Shown here: positions 16,995 through 25,712 of the stretch, piece by piece | Layout: each line of letters begins with the position of its first letter | Numbering within the stretch: the stretch's first letter is position 1 | Assembly: GCA_963783885.1 (NCBI GenBank) | Contig: CAWAPJ010000036.1 | Coordinates: forward strand, 1 to 38,261 | From: Waddliaceae bacterium | Lineage (GTDB): Bacteria > Chlamydiota > Chlamydiia > Chlamydiales > SLFE01 | Reading direction: 5' to 3' | DNA length: 38,261 bases | Program-made: the position numbers and the translations under genes | Notes under the pieces: generated by a model | What the model saw: only the letters and a program-made list of their open reading frames with translations | The model's database searches: none | Told to the model about the DNA's origin: nothing

Positions 16995-18197
16995 TTATAA
17001 CTTTTTACATTCAAGTTTGATATGTAATCGCCCATCCTCAATTAGTTGTGAAAGAGGCGGGCCATGATTCGAATTACCTGTCCCGAACCATCTACCATTG
17101 CCATAATTTTTTTCCTTATAAAACGGCTGAGTAGAATGGTGGTGTTTGTTATTTCCTGTACCAAATGTCCATTTACAAGACAGATAGATCGTCTTTTTAG
17201 GAGCTTCTTTTATTGTTAAGTACACGCCATGTCCCCCAGTCGCCCTCTCTTCGATCATTATTATCCAGGTATGGCCGAACATCTGAAATTCCTCGGTTTC
17301 TTTGAGTGTTATTGTTTTATGATGAATTACATCTAAAGAAAGAGGCAAAGCAAAAGAATGGCTTGCTTTTTTTCTCGAAAAAGATACTGTCACCATTTCA
17401 GGTGGAAAACCCCGTCTTGTCTTGCTTTTTGATCCATCGATTACTTGTTTTATATAATCGACTTTTTGAAAATCATCGAGTATATCATCATTAAGAATAA
17501 GAGAAGTTTCACCTTTTCCAAAATTGTTGAACTTAACGCAATCTATCAGGCGATCGCCAAATCCCAGATCCATTTTGAGCAAATCTCCGGATTTTTGCCT
17601 CTTCTGGAGATTTTTCTTTTCCCACTTTCTAAGGATACTGTAAATTTCCGATTCGTAAAGTGGAAGATATGGTGATCGCAACAAATGGTATAGAGTGCGC
17701 GGCTTTGGATTCAAACCGAAAAGATTTTTAACATCGGAAAATCGATAAAACTCAGAGGTTAGAGAGTCTAAATAGACAATATCATCTAATATGGAGTTAG
17801 TTAATTTCTTTTCTCCAGACTCAAGTTTTTCGAGAACAGGGCCCCTCAACACATCCAGGAGCTGTTTTTCTCCGACCATGTTGGCATAGGCCATTAATTT
17901 GACCATGTCTTCAAGGTTTGAAGGCATGCATTTTTTACCATAGCGGTAGTGTAAATAAGACAGAAATGTTTTGCGGGAGACATCATTGATTTGAATGGGC
18001 TTACTGCCGGGATCTTCAGAAAATCCGCGGCTTGTCAACAATGTCGAAAAATATTCATTTTCTTTTATCAACATAATTTCATGGACAGGAATGAAGCTGC
18101 CGTCTAGTAAAAATAAGATATCGCACTTTTGCCTCTCCTCTTCTGAAGAAAAAGGAAGCGATTTCCAATCAATGGCTTCGGATTCCTTCTCGATCAT
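16995..18197 (-). CDS. BTB-BACK-MATH-like protein (putative Cullin-3 adaptor mimic)
   Basis: BTB: CDILFLLDGSFIPVHEIMLIKENEYFSTLL...INDVSRKTFLSYLHYRY. BACK: LLRSPYLPLYESEIYSILRKW...LIDCVKF. MATH-like: FQMFGHTWII...GVYL...LIEDGRLHIKLEC. Confidence 0.8.
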   Translation of the reverse strand: MIEKESEAIDWKSLPFSSEEERQKCDILFLLDGSFIPVHEIMLIKENEYFSTLLTSRGFSEDPGSKPIQINDVSRKTFLSYLHYRYGKKCMPSNLEDMVKLMAYANMVGEKQLLDVLRGPVLEKLESGEKKLTNSILDDIVYLDSLTSEFYRFSDVKNLFGLNPKPRTLYHLLRSPYLPLYESEIYSILRKWEKKNLQKRQKSGDLLKMDLGFGDRLIDCVKFNNFGKGETSLILNDDILDDFQKVDYIKQVIDGSKSKTRRGFPPEMVTVSFSRKKASHSFALPLSLDVIHHKTITLKETEEFQMFGHTWIIMIEERATGGHGVYLTIKEAPKKTIYLSCKWTFGTGNNKHHHSTQPFYKEKNYGNGRWFGTGNSNHGPPLSQLIEDGRLHIKLECKKL

Positions 18198-18699
18198 CGA
18201 CTGGATATACTGCCAATGTATTGTTTATGGGGAAGAGTATTGATTTCAAAAAAAATGTTTTGAATATCCTGATTCCGTGGAAATTCGCCTGCAATCCTCA
18301 ACAGGAAGAAAAAATGACTTTTGTTCGTTAAATCAAAATCATATTTATATCGACTAAGAACCTCATGCGCTATTTTTGAAGCTTTTTTTCTGATATCTGA
18401 ATTCTTAGCATCTTTCTTTTTAGGCGTATAAACCTTGTAGGAATCTCCAACTTTCTGTATCCAAACATTTGTTTTTTTCTCATACTGAGAATTATATTTA
18501 TTGACTATATTTTCTAGGACCCTGATTGCTACCTAAACTTGTTGTTAAAGTCTTTCGTTGGATTCAGATGCGTAGACTCGATTTGAAGGCAAGGGTTATC
18601 CCTTGCCTGATAATCGAGTCTTACGCAGATGAATTCAATGAAAGATTTTAACAACAAGTTTAGGTAGCAATCAGGGTCTAGGGATATGTTGTCTTGCAT
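18194..18699 (-). pseudogene. 113-aa ORF (probable N-terminal part of the BTB gene) interrupted by a MITE
   Basis: Removing 18518-18681 restores ATG CAA GAC AAC ATA TCC CTA GAA AAT ATA..., open for 342 nt to TGA at 18194, which overlaps the BTB ATG (ATGA). Confidence 0.75.
18518..18678. mobile_element. 161-bp fully palindromic MITE with a 3-bp TAG target-site duplication
   Basis: Termini GACCCTGATTGCTACCTAAACTTGTTGTTAAA / TTTAACAACAAGTTTAGGTAGCAATCAGGGTC; TAG at 18515-18517 and 18679-18681. Confidence 0.9.
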
Positions 18700-18723
18700 A
18701 TTTTAATCTAAAATAATTATGAG

Positions 18724-18755
18724 AAAATAAAGGGAAGCAGCTTGAGCTGCTTCCC
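18724..18755 (-). terminator. Intrinsic terminator of rpsD
   Basis: GGGAAGCAGC-4 nt loop-GCTGCTTCCC followed by TTTATTTT on the minus strand, just after the rpsD stop. Confidence 0.85.
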
Positions 18756-18765
18756 CGTTAAATTT

Positions 18766-19386
18766 TTACTTGGTGTGGGCGAGGAAGTCGCAGATTTCCG
18801 GAAGGTTGATCTCGAGAGGATAGGAGATCTGCTCAACCATAGGAACGGCAAGGAGCGTTCCGGTATACTTTTCACGGTCGAGAGAGAGGTACTCGGGCAT
18901 CTCGCCACGAGGATTATCCAGGCTCTCGGTAATGGATTTCATTTTTTGAGACTTTTCCTTGATCGACACCTGCATCCCCGGCTTCACCTGAAATGAGCGG
19001 ATGTTGACCTTTTTTCCATTCACAAGCACGTGGCCGTGGGAAATTAATTGGTGGGCCCCGAAAATCGTCGACGCAAAGCCCAGCTTGTAAACAACTGTAT
19101 CCAAACGACATTCAAGAAGCTCGGCCAGATTGTGGGCTGTCGCTCCCGCTTGCTGGGCAGCCTGCTTATAATACCGGACCAGCTGTTTCTCGGTCAGCAT
19201 CCCGTAAACGGCTTTGAGCTTCTGCTTTTCATCGAGCTGAAGTCCGAAATCCGACTTTTTGCGACGCCTGGCTCCGTGCATTCCAGGGGGGTTAGGCTTA
19301 TGGATCAAAGGGTTGCGCCTGCGCCCGAAAATGTTGACTCCGAATCGGCGGGCAACGCGGTTTTTAGCTCCTGTAAAACGACTCAT
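18766..19386 (-). CDS. rpsD: 30S ribosomal protein S4
   Basis: MSRFTG...PPGMHG...SDFGLQLDEKQKLK...LECRLD...VNGKKVNIRS; AGGAG RBS before ATG 19386. Confidence 0.97.
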   Translation of the reverse strand: MSRFTGAKNRVARRFGVNIFGRRRNPLIHKPNPPGMHGARRRKKSDFGLQLDEKQKLKAVYGMLTEKQLVRYYKQAAQQAGATAHNLAELLECRLDTVVYKLGFASTIFGAHQLISHGHVLVNGKKVNIRSFQVKPGMQVSIKEKSQKMKSITESLDNPRGEMPEYLSLDREKYTGTLLAVPMVEQISYPLEINLPEICDFLAHTK

Positions 19387-19506
19387 TATTTCTCCTGTCA
19401 TTTGATACTGTAAGGCTAAATTATTTCATAGATCACCCATTTTTTGCAACCTTGCTTGTTTAAAAACCTCCCCAGACCATAAGATAAAATTTTAAATTAC
19501 TAACTT

Positions 19507-20502
19507 ATGAACGATTTCAGATCAATCCCATGCGACCGCCCCCAGGGTCTCTTAACCATCGATCAAACAGGATCGATTGCTTACTGCAATGAGGCTGCGG
19601 CACAAATGCTGGGAAAAAACAAAGACGAGATTCTAAACCGGCAATTCGATGAGGTTTTTCAAAACCTGGATTTCGGCTTTACCTTCCGGGACGCCATAGA
19701 AGGAAGGGCGATCACCCCAAGCAAAATGAAAGGCAAGGTTCCGAATGGAAAGATTCTGGAAGTCGAGCCGACGCTTGTTCCCGATAAATCCCTGATTATC
19801 CTTATCAGAGATGTCACCCGACATCGAAGACTTGAACAAATTTCTGAAAGGAAAAGAAGGCTGGAGGATCTAGGAGAACTTGCCTCGACGATAAGCCATG
19901 AGATCCGCAACCCCCTTGGCGGAATCAAGGGATTCGCCTCGCTTCTTGAAAATGACCTTCAAGACGACCCCAAAAAACTGCGGATGGCGCAAAATATCAT
20001 CAAAGGAGCCAACGACTTAAATAACATTTTGACCCGGCTTTTAGAGTACACCCAGCCCCCTTCCCTAAAAAGGAAAAATACGGCTATTCAACCCCTTATC
20101 CTAGAGGCTGTCGATCAAATCCAAATTGCAGCGGTCACGCTAGATCTCCCAAAGCAGCCCGTGATGGCCTTCGTCGATCCCGCCCTCATCAGGCAAACCC
20201 TCGTAAATCTTCTCTTAAATGCAGCGCAAGCTATTGATAAACAAGGTACTATTACTATCTCATTGACAGAAACCGATATCAATATCAGGATAGTGATTGA
20301 GGACATAGGATGCGGAATCGAAGAGGGGGACCTGAAGAAAATATTCCGCCCCTACTTTTCCACAAAATCCGAAGCGAGCGGTTTCGGTCTTGCGGAAGTG
20401 AAAAAGACAGTCGATGCTCATCAGGGGGAAATCGAAGTGGAGTCAGAAGTGGGAAAGGGTTCAAAATTTACAGTGATCATACCGAGGGATCATGAAAATT
20501 GA
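19507..20502 (+). CDS. ctcB: PAS-domain sensor histidine kinase (chlamydial CtcB/AtoS)
   Basis: N-terminal PAS, H-box SHEIRNPLGGI, N-box NLLLNA, G1 DIGCGI, F-box IFRPYFSTK, G2 GFGL. Confidence 0.9.
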   Translation: MNDFRSIPCDRPQGLLTIDQTGSIAYCNEAAAQMLGKNKDEILNRQFDEVFQNLDFGFTFRDAIEGRAITPSKMKGKVPNGKILEVEPTLVPDKSLIILIRDVTRHRRLEQISERKRRLEDLGELASTISHEIRNPLGGIKGFASLLENDLQDDPKKLRMAQNIIKGANDLNNILTRLLEYTQPPSLKRKNTAIQPLILEAVDQIQIAAVTLDLPKQPVMAFVDPALIRQTLVNLLLNAAQAIDKQGTITISLTETDINIRIVIEDIGCGIEEGDLKKIFRPYFSTKSEASGFGLAEVKKTVDAHQGEIEVESEVGKGSKFTVIIPRDHEN

Positions 20503-21850
20503 AAAAATACTCATCGTCGACGACGATGATCTGATTCGCGATTTTTTAGTTGAAACCCTGCAAAGGCTGGGCTATAAGGCCTTTGATGCTCCCAACGGGG
20601 CAAAAGCGCTGGAAATCGTAAAAGATCATACCATCGATCTTGTCTTTACCGACATGAAAATGCCTAAGATGTCGGGCCTCGATCTTTTGAAAAAAGTTAA
20701 GGAGGTTTCTCCAAAAACAATCGTCATCGTCATCACAGCTTACGGCAGCATCGACAATGCCGTGGAGGCCATACGGCTCGGAGCTTTCAACTACATTCTT
20801 AAACCCTTTACCGCAGATACCGTCGAGGCGCTTGTAAGCAAGGCGGGAGAGCATTTTGCCCTCATCGAAGAGAATGATTTCTTAAAAGAAACCGTCATCT
20901 CCAGTTTTCCGGAACAAACTATTGGAGAGAGTCCGGAGATGAAGCAAATTTTCTCGATTGTCAAACGGATCTCTGAAAGCAATGCGAGTGTATTCATTCA
21001 CGGCGAATCGGGTACCGGCAAGGAAGTGATCGCCCACGCGATTCATAATCATTCGCATCGCTCAGGCAAACCCTTCATCAAAGTCAATTGCGCAGCGATT
21101 CCCGAAACCCTCATCGAGTCGGAATTTTTCGGTCATGAAAAAGGAGCCTTTACAGGCGCCAGCGCAAGGCGCCTCGGCCGCTTCGAGCTTGCCAATACCG
21201 GCTCGCTTCTTCTGGATGAAATCTCGGAAATTCCCCACTCCCTTCAGGCAAAGCTTTTGAGAGTCACCCAGGAAAAGGAATTTGAAAGGGTTGGAGGTAC
21301 CCACCCGATCAAAGTTGATGTCCGGCTGATATCGACGTCCAACAGAGACATACGGGAACTGATTGAAAAAAAATTCATGAGAGAAGATTTATTCTACCGC
21401 CTCAATGTCGTCCCGATCTACATTCCACCTTTAAGGGAAAGAAAGGAAGACATCATCCCTCTTAGCGAACACTTTGTGAAGCAGCTTTGCAAAGAAAACA
21501 ACAGAAAAGCCAAGCAACTGACAAACGACGCTAAGAAACTTCTTCTGGACTACTCCTGGCCGGGAAATGTGAGGGAGCTGCAAAACGTGATTGAGAGGGC
21601 CATTGTCACAATGAACCCCGAAAGCGTCAAAATTGAAGTAAAAGATATCTACATCACTGCCGACAAAACTCCGAATCCCTCCCATGATGAAAAACAACTG
21701 CTTCGGGGCATGACCTTAAAAGAACTTGAAAAACAGCTCATTATAGAAACCTTTCATTCAAGCGACAGAAACCCGGCAAAGGCGGCTAAAACGCTGGGCA
21801 TTCCAGAAAACCTGCTTTATGACAAGTTGAAAGAATACGAGCTGGAATGA
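20492..21850 (+). CDS. ctcC: Sigma-54-dependent response regulator (CtcC/AtoC)
   Basis: Receiver domain, GESGTGKE, GAFTGA, LLDEI, WPGNVREL, Fis-type HTH. Confidence 0.93.
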   Translation: MKIEKILIVDDDDLIRDFLVETLQRLGYKAFDAPNGAKALEIVKDHTIDLVFTDMKMPKMSGLDLLKKVKEVSPKTIVIVITAYGSIDNAVEAIRLGAFNYILKPFTADTVEALVSKAGEHFALIEENDFLKETVISSFPEQTIGESPEMKQIFSIVKRISESNASVFIHGESGTGKEVIAHAIHNHSHRSGKPFIKVNCAAIPETLIESEFFGHEKGAFTGASARRLGRFELANTGSLLLDEISEIPHSLQAKLLRVTQEKEFERVGGTHPIKVDVRLISTSNRDIRELIEKKFMREDLFYRLNVVPIYIPPLRERKEDIIPLSEHFVKQLCKENNRKAKQLTNDAKKLLLDYSWPGNVRELQNVIERAIVTMNPESVKIEVKDIYITADKTPNPSHDEKQLLRGMTLKELEKQLIIETFHSSDRNPAKAAKTLGIPENLLYDKLKEYELE

Positions 21851-23620
21851 TTATCGACCTAAAGCCTCTCTTATGAGGATCAAGTTAGCCTCGGCAGTCT
21901 GCCTTAAGAAGAGATACTTTTCGTCCGTCAGTTCCAAAAGCCTGATTTTTTTCTTTCTTTCATCCTCTTCGAGTTTGATGCTTTGAAAATCCCGCTGCTT
22001 CATGTGGGCGAACATGGTATTGAAAATATCCAAAACTGCGCTGTAGGCAGCCTCTTCCATCAGCTCTGTTTCCGTCAAAGCTTGCAGGCCTGTTTGCAAA
22101 GTTTGGGATATCTTTCCCTCTTCCACTTGTTTCTGGATACGGTTCCCCTCTTCAATAAGGAGGTCAAAAGCGTCGATGCACCGGCTCAGGCTCTCCTGAA
22201 GTTTGCCAGCCACAGCAAGAACCTTTTCATGAGTCACACTGGGCATGGCCGCCTGTTCGATAGCGGCGGCAATCTCTTTGTCGAAAGAATAGCGCTTTTG
22301 CAAATGCCGTTTTGCCGCTTCAGCCAAGGGAATATTCGGGATTTCCCGAAAACCAATTCCCCCTTCCGTAGAATTGATAATTGTAAGCTCGGAGTGCTCA
22401 TTGGAAAAATCCGCAAGCCAATCCGACTCCGCAATCCATTTCCACATAGTATACACTTGATTCCCGTGGATATCCTCGCGCAAAACGGCAGAGGTTTCAA
22501 AAAGTTCGGTCCCGGTGATCTGCTCTTCGGTAACATCGGGATCTTCCACAACCCCTTCCGCGTAGGATTTTAAATCGGAGTAGGCCAAGTCCATTCCCAC
22601 AAAAATAAGGGGATTGCAGCCAAGCTCCCTTGCGATATCAGTGCAAAAATTGACGACATTGTGTCCTTCATCGACAACGCTGTCAACAATTCCCAGTTCA
22701 TTTTCAATCCACTCGGCCGTATCGTAGCCTCCTGCGCCGTTGATATAGAGGCAGGGGCCGCTCAACGAACGAAATGCCTCATAGTGCATTCTTGGACGGT
22801 AGAAAAAGGGAATGCTCTTTGCCGAGTGCCCCATCATTCTGTAATACTGAGTTGGATTGGGGTCTATGCCGGCGCCAAAATGAGGAAGGATCTCTTCCTT
22901 GCAAAGGGCATTCAAGGCAGACCCTCCGGCCAAAATGAGCGCTTTGTCTTTTAAGTCATGAAGAAGATGGATATTTTTTTTCAGGGAAGGACCGGCGCCG
23001 CAAATGATGGCAGGAACGTTTTGAAATTTGCCGAAAAGCCGATTGCCGTGAAAAGAGCGGTGGAGAAGCATTAAGTTATGGTAGAAATTCCGGTAATACA
23101 CAATCCCGTATTTCATGTACTCTTCCACAATTTCATTTTTATTGGCCGATTCATAAAAGATTAGCTGTTTCAGCATCTGACAGTCATTTTCCCTGCGGTC
23201 TTGATATTCGGGAAGCGAGGCAAAAAAGATTTGCTGCTGAATGAAACTCCAGCCAAGCAAATTAAACACCGGATCTTCTTCAGAAATTTCGGAAAAGGCA
23301 AAAAGGTGAGCATGGGGGCTGAGCAGTATTTCCCGAGCTGTCTCCTGCTGCAGAAATAAGCGAATTTTTGTCGGATCATCTTCCAAAAACACAAGATGCC
23401 TGTCGGAATTTTTCTGAAGCCATTCTTTGGCAGCAAGGTAAGCCTGTCCTAAATCAATGCCGAAGATATAGAGAATGTCTTGGCCCGAAAGGGAAAGCTT
23501 TTTGAACCATTCGGCGGCATTGTAGTCAAACGGATCCGCAGGCTCGACTTCGGCAACACGAATCGCATGCTTCGGATTGCTATGTGCAAAGAGTTCTAGA
23601 TTTTTCTCGAATTGGGACAT
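21851..23620 (-). CDS. Motility-associated-factor (Maf)/DUF115 family glycosyltransferase
   Basis: PAIICGAGPSL, LGCNPLIFVGMDLAY, IINSTEGG, helical C-terminal bundle. Confidence 0.85.
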   Translation of the reverse strand: MSQFEKNLELFAHSNPKHAIRVAEVEPADPFDYNAAEWFKKLSLSGQDILYIFGIDLGQAYLAAKEWLQKNSDRHLVFLEDDPTKIRLFLQQETAREILLSPHAHLFAFSEISEEDPVFNLLGWSFIQQQIFFASLPEYQDRRENDCQMLKQLIFYESANKNEIVEEYMKYGIVYYRNFYHNLMLLHRSFHGNRLFGKFQNVPAIICGAGPSLKKNIHLLHDLKDKALILAGGSALNALCKEEILPHFGAGIDPNPTQYYRMMGHSAKSIPFFYRPRMHYEAFRSLSGPCLYINGAGGYDTAEWIENELGIVDSVVDEGHNVVNFCTDIARELGCNPLIFVGMDLAYSDLKSYAEGVVEDPDVTEEQITGTELFETSAVLREDIHGNQVYTMWKWIAESDWLADFSNEHSELTIINSTEGGIGFREIPNIPLAEAAKRHLQKRYSFDKEIAAAIEQAAMPSVTHEKVLAVAGKLQESLSRCIDAFDLLIEEGNRIQKQVEEGKISQTLQTGLQALTETELMEEAAYSAVLDIFNTMFAHMKQRDFQSIKLEEDERKKKIRLLELTDEKYLFLRQTAEANLILIREALGR

Positions 23621-24066
23621 CACATTTTCTTCCAGCCTTTGCGGAAGCTGATATGGAGAGATTTTTGACTTTTGCTTTTTTTATGTTTCCCTTTTTTGAA
23701 CATGCGCCCCCCTTTGATCTTTTTCCGGCGCTCATTTTCAATCGAAGTCGAGATGAGCTCATAATCCATATGAATTTCTTTTCTCATTCTCTCAATTCGA
23801 TCGAGGATCTGTTTGTCCTTTTCGGAAAGACGCTCGCGATTCTCGCGCATTGCTTTTGATATCTCTTCATCTGTGATTCCCTGCTCTTTTTTCGCAATCT
23901 CAAAGGCTTCTTTCATAGCTTCGACACGACTTGTAATATTGATCAAATCGGCAATATCCTGAGAAGTGGGATCGCCTTCAAGTTTTTGATCCTTCTTTTC
24001 ATCGAAGGTCTGAAGGATTTTGGAAATTTGATCCAACAAAGGCTCTAAGGGATTTTTTTCCGGCAT
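23620..24066 (-). CDS. Hypothetical coiled-coil protein with a basic tail, coupled to the maf gene
   Basis: 148-aa ORF; its TGA overlaps the maf ATG. Confidence 0.75.
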   Translation of the reverse strand: MPEKNPLEPLLDQISKILQTFDEKKDQKLEGDPTSQDIADLINITSRVEAMKEAFEIAKKEQGITDEEISKAMRENRERLSEKDKQILDRIERMRKEIHMDYELISTSIENERRKKIKGGRMFKKGKHKKSKSQKSLHISFRKGWKKM

Positions 24067-24093
24067 GTTTTTATTTTAACATGAATCCTTTAT

Positions 24094-25683
24094 ATGTTCC
24101 ATATGCGCAGTTATAAAGACCATTTAGAATCTCTTCAAAAAACTCAAAATAAACAGGTTAAAAGAAAGCCTGTCTTTCGGGCTTCCTCAATCTTTCCCGT
24201 AATACAAACAAATGAGGCTTCAAGCCGGGTTCTCTTTATGGGTTATTGGCTTCTCAAGAGGCAAATCACTCAAATTACAGGGGTTTATACGCTTAGATCC
24301 GAAAACGGCGCAGTTCTCGCCCGCTCTTCCGAGACCATAGACAATCCCAGAGTCCACACCCTGGAACTCAAAGATCAGCTCAAGCTGGCAGGACTTGACC
24401 CCGGCCAGCCTTTTCGGGGAAGCCTTGAGTGCGAATTTTACTCTTCCCTCCCGATGGTTTTTCCCTTCCCGGCTACCACTATCAACTATTACGGCCCCTA
24501 TTTCAATACCGTCGTCCACACCGCCCAAAGAGTGTACAATGACTTTGACGACATGTCTGTCAATTCCATCGCATCGGTTCCCGAATCGGGCTTCAATGTA
24601 GTTGCCAACGAGAATCAAAAGCCTTTCTTCACTTTAATCAATGGAATCGATCCTGTTCCAGGCGCTTCGATCGATATGACCTTTTACAACGCAGAAGGTG
24701 AAACCCTCAAAACAAAGCTCGGGCTTGGAACTTTAAAACCCTATGAGACCAAATGGATTTTTCCTTCCGATCATTGCGATTTGCAAACCTTTTTAAAAGG
24801 GAAACCGGGGGCCGCTAAAATTCGGTTTGACGTCTCCTGGGTGTTTCCCCGATTGATCGTCGGAAATATCCAGTCAAATCCCGAGACTCTTGCCATTACG
24901 CATTCATATTATGACTGCACCGATGCCGATGCAGAAGCCGATTATTGGCAAGAGGAGAAGCAAGGCTGGTATCCGGCAACGTTAATGATCCCCCTTATCA
25001 TAAGCAGCAATCACTTCACGAATGCCACTTTTTACCCGATTTATTCCCCCTCGAAGTTTTCCATAGACGTTGAGATCTACAATCGGGAAGGAAAGCTTCT
25101 GGGCAAAAAGGAAGCAGCCCTAAACATTGAGGCCCCTCTAAATAAATTCCAAAAGATTTTCCTTGCTGATCTTTGCGAAGAGATGGGTATCGATAGCGAC
25201 TCAAAGTTAACTGCCCGCCTCATCGCCAAAACCGAAAAAGGCAGCCGCATTCCCTCGCGCATCAAATGCGCTGTCGATATCGGAACGCTCGGCGGTCAAT
25301 TCCCCTGCAATATCTGCACTAATCTGCAGCCTTTCATCCCCTCGTGGGACAACAAGCCTTTCACATTTAAATGGTGCCCCGTGCTCGCGGGAGAGAATGG
25401 AAAAGCCTCGATCTGGATCGTCAATTCGTCCCAACACAAAAACTACACCCGCTCAGCAGAAATCGACCTGACATTTTACCGCTCCGAAGACACCGAGACA
25501 CTTCAAAGAACCGCTACACTCCCCCCGTACGGCATATCCCTCATCGAACGGGACGACGAATTGGAGCAGTTCCTTCAAGGTAACGTTGGCTGGATGACAG
25601 CCACCTCAAGCAACCCCCACATCCTGACTTACTACTTCTTTGAAAACGAATCAGGAGTCGTCGGGGGAGACCACGGCTTTTAG
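24094..25683 (+). CDS. Hypothetical protein built of four ~125-aa beta-rich repeats
   Basis: 529-aa ORF; recurring motif TLRSENG / TFYNAEG / EIYNREG / TFYRSED. Confidence 0.8.
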   Translation: MFHMRSYKDHLESLQKTQNKQVKRKPVFRASSIFPVIQTNEASSRVLFMGYWLLKRQITQITGVYTLRSENGAVLARSSETIDNPRVHTLELKDQLKLAGLDPGQPFRGSLECEFYSSLPMVFPFPATTINYYGPYFNTVVHTAQRVYNDFDDMSVNSIASVPESGFNVVANENQKPFFTLINGIDPVPGASIDMTFYNAEGETLKTKLGLGTLKPYETKWIFPSDHCDLQTFLKGKPGAAKIRFDVSWVFPRLIVGNIQSNPETLAITHSYYDCTDADAEADYWQEEKQGWYPATLMIPLIISSNHFTNATFYPIYSPSKFSIDVEIYNREGKLLGKKEAALNIEAPLNKFQKIFLADLCEEMGIDSDSKLTARLIAKTEKGSRIPSRIKCAVDIGTLGGQFPCNICTNLQPFIPSWDNKPFTFKWCPVLAGENGKASIWIVNSSQHKNYTRSAEIDLTFYRSEDTETLQRTATLPPYGISLIERDDELEQFLQGNVGWMTATSSNPHILTYYFFENESGVVGGDHGF

Positions 25684-25712
25684 CCTGGATTTTTAACTGT
25701 CAAAGTCGGGAT

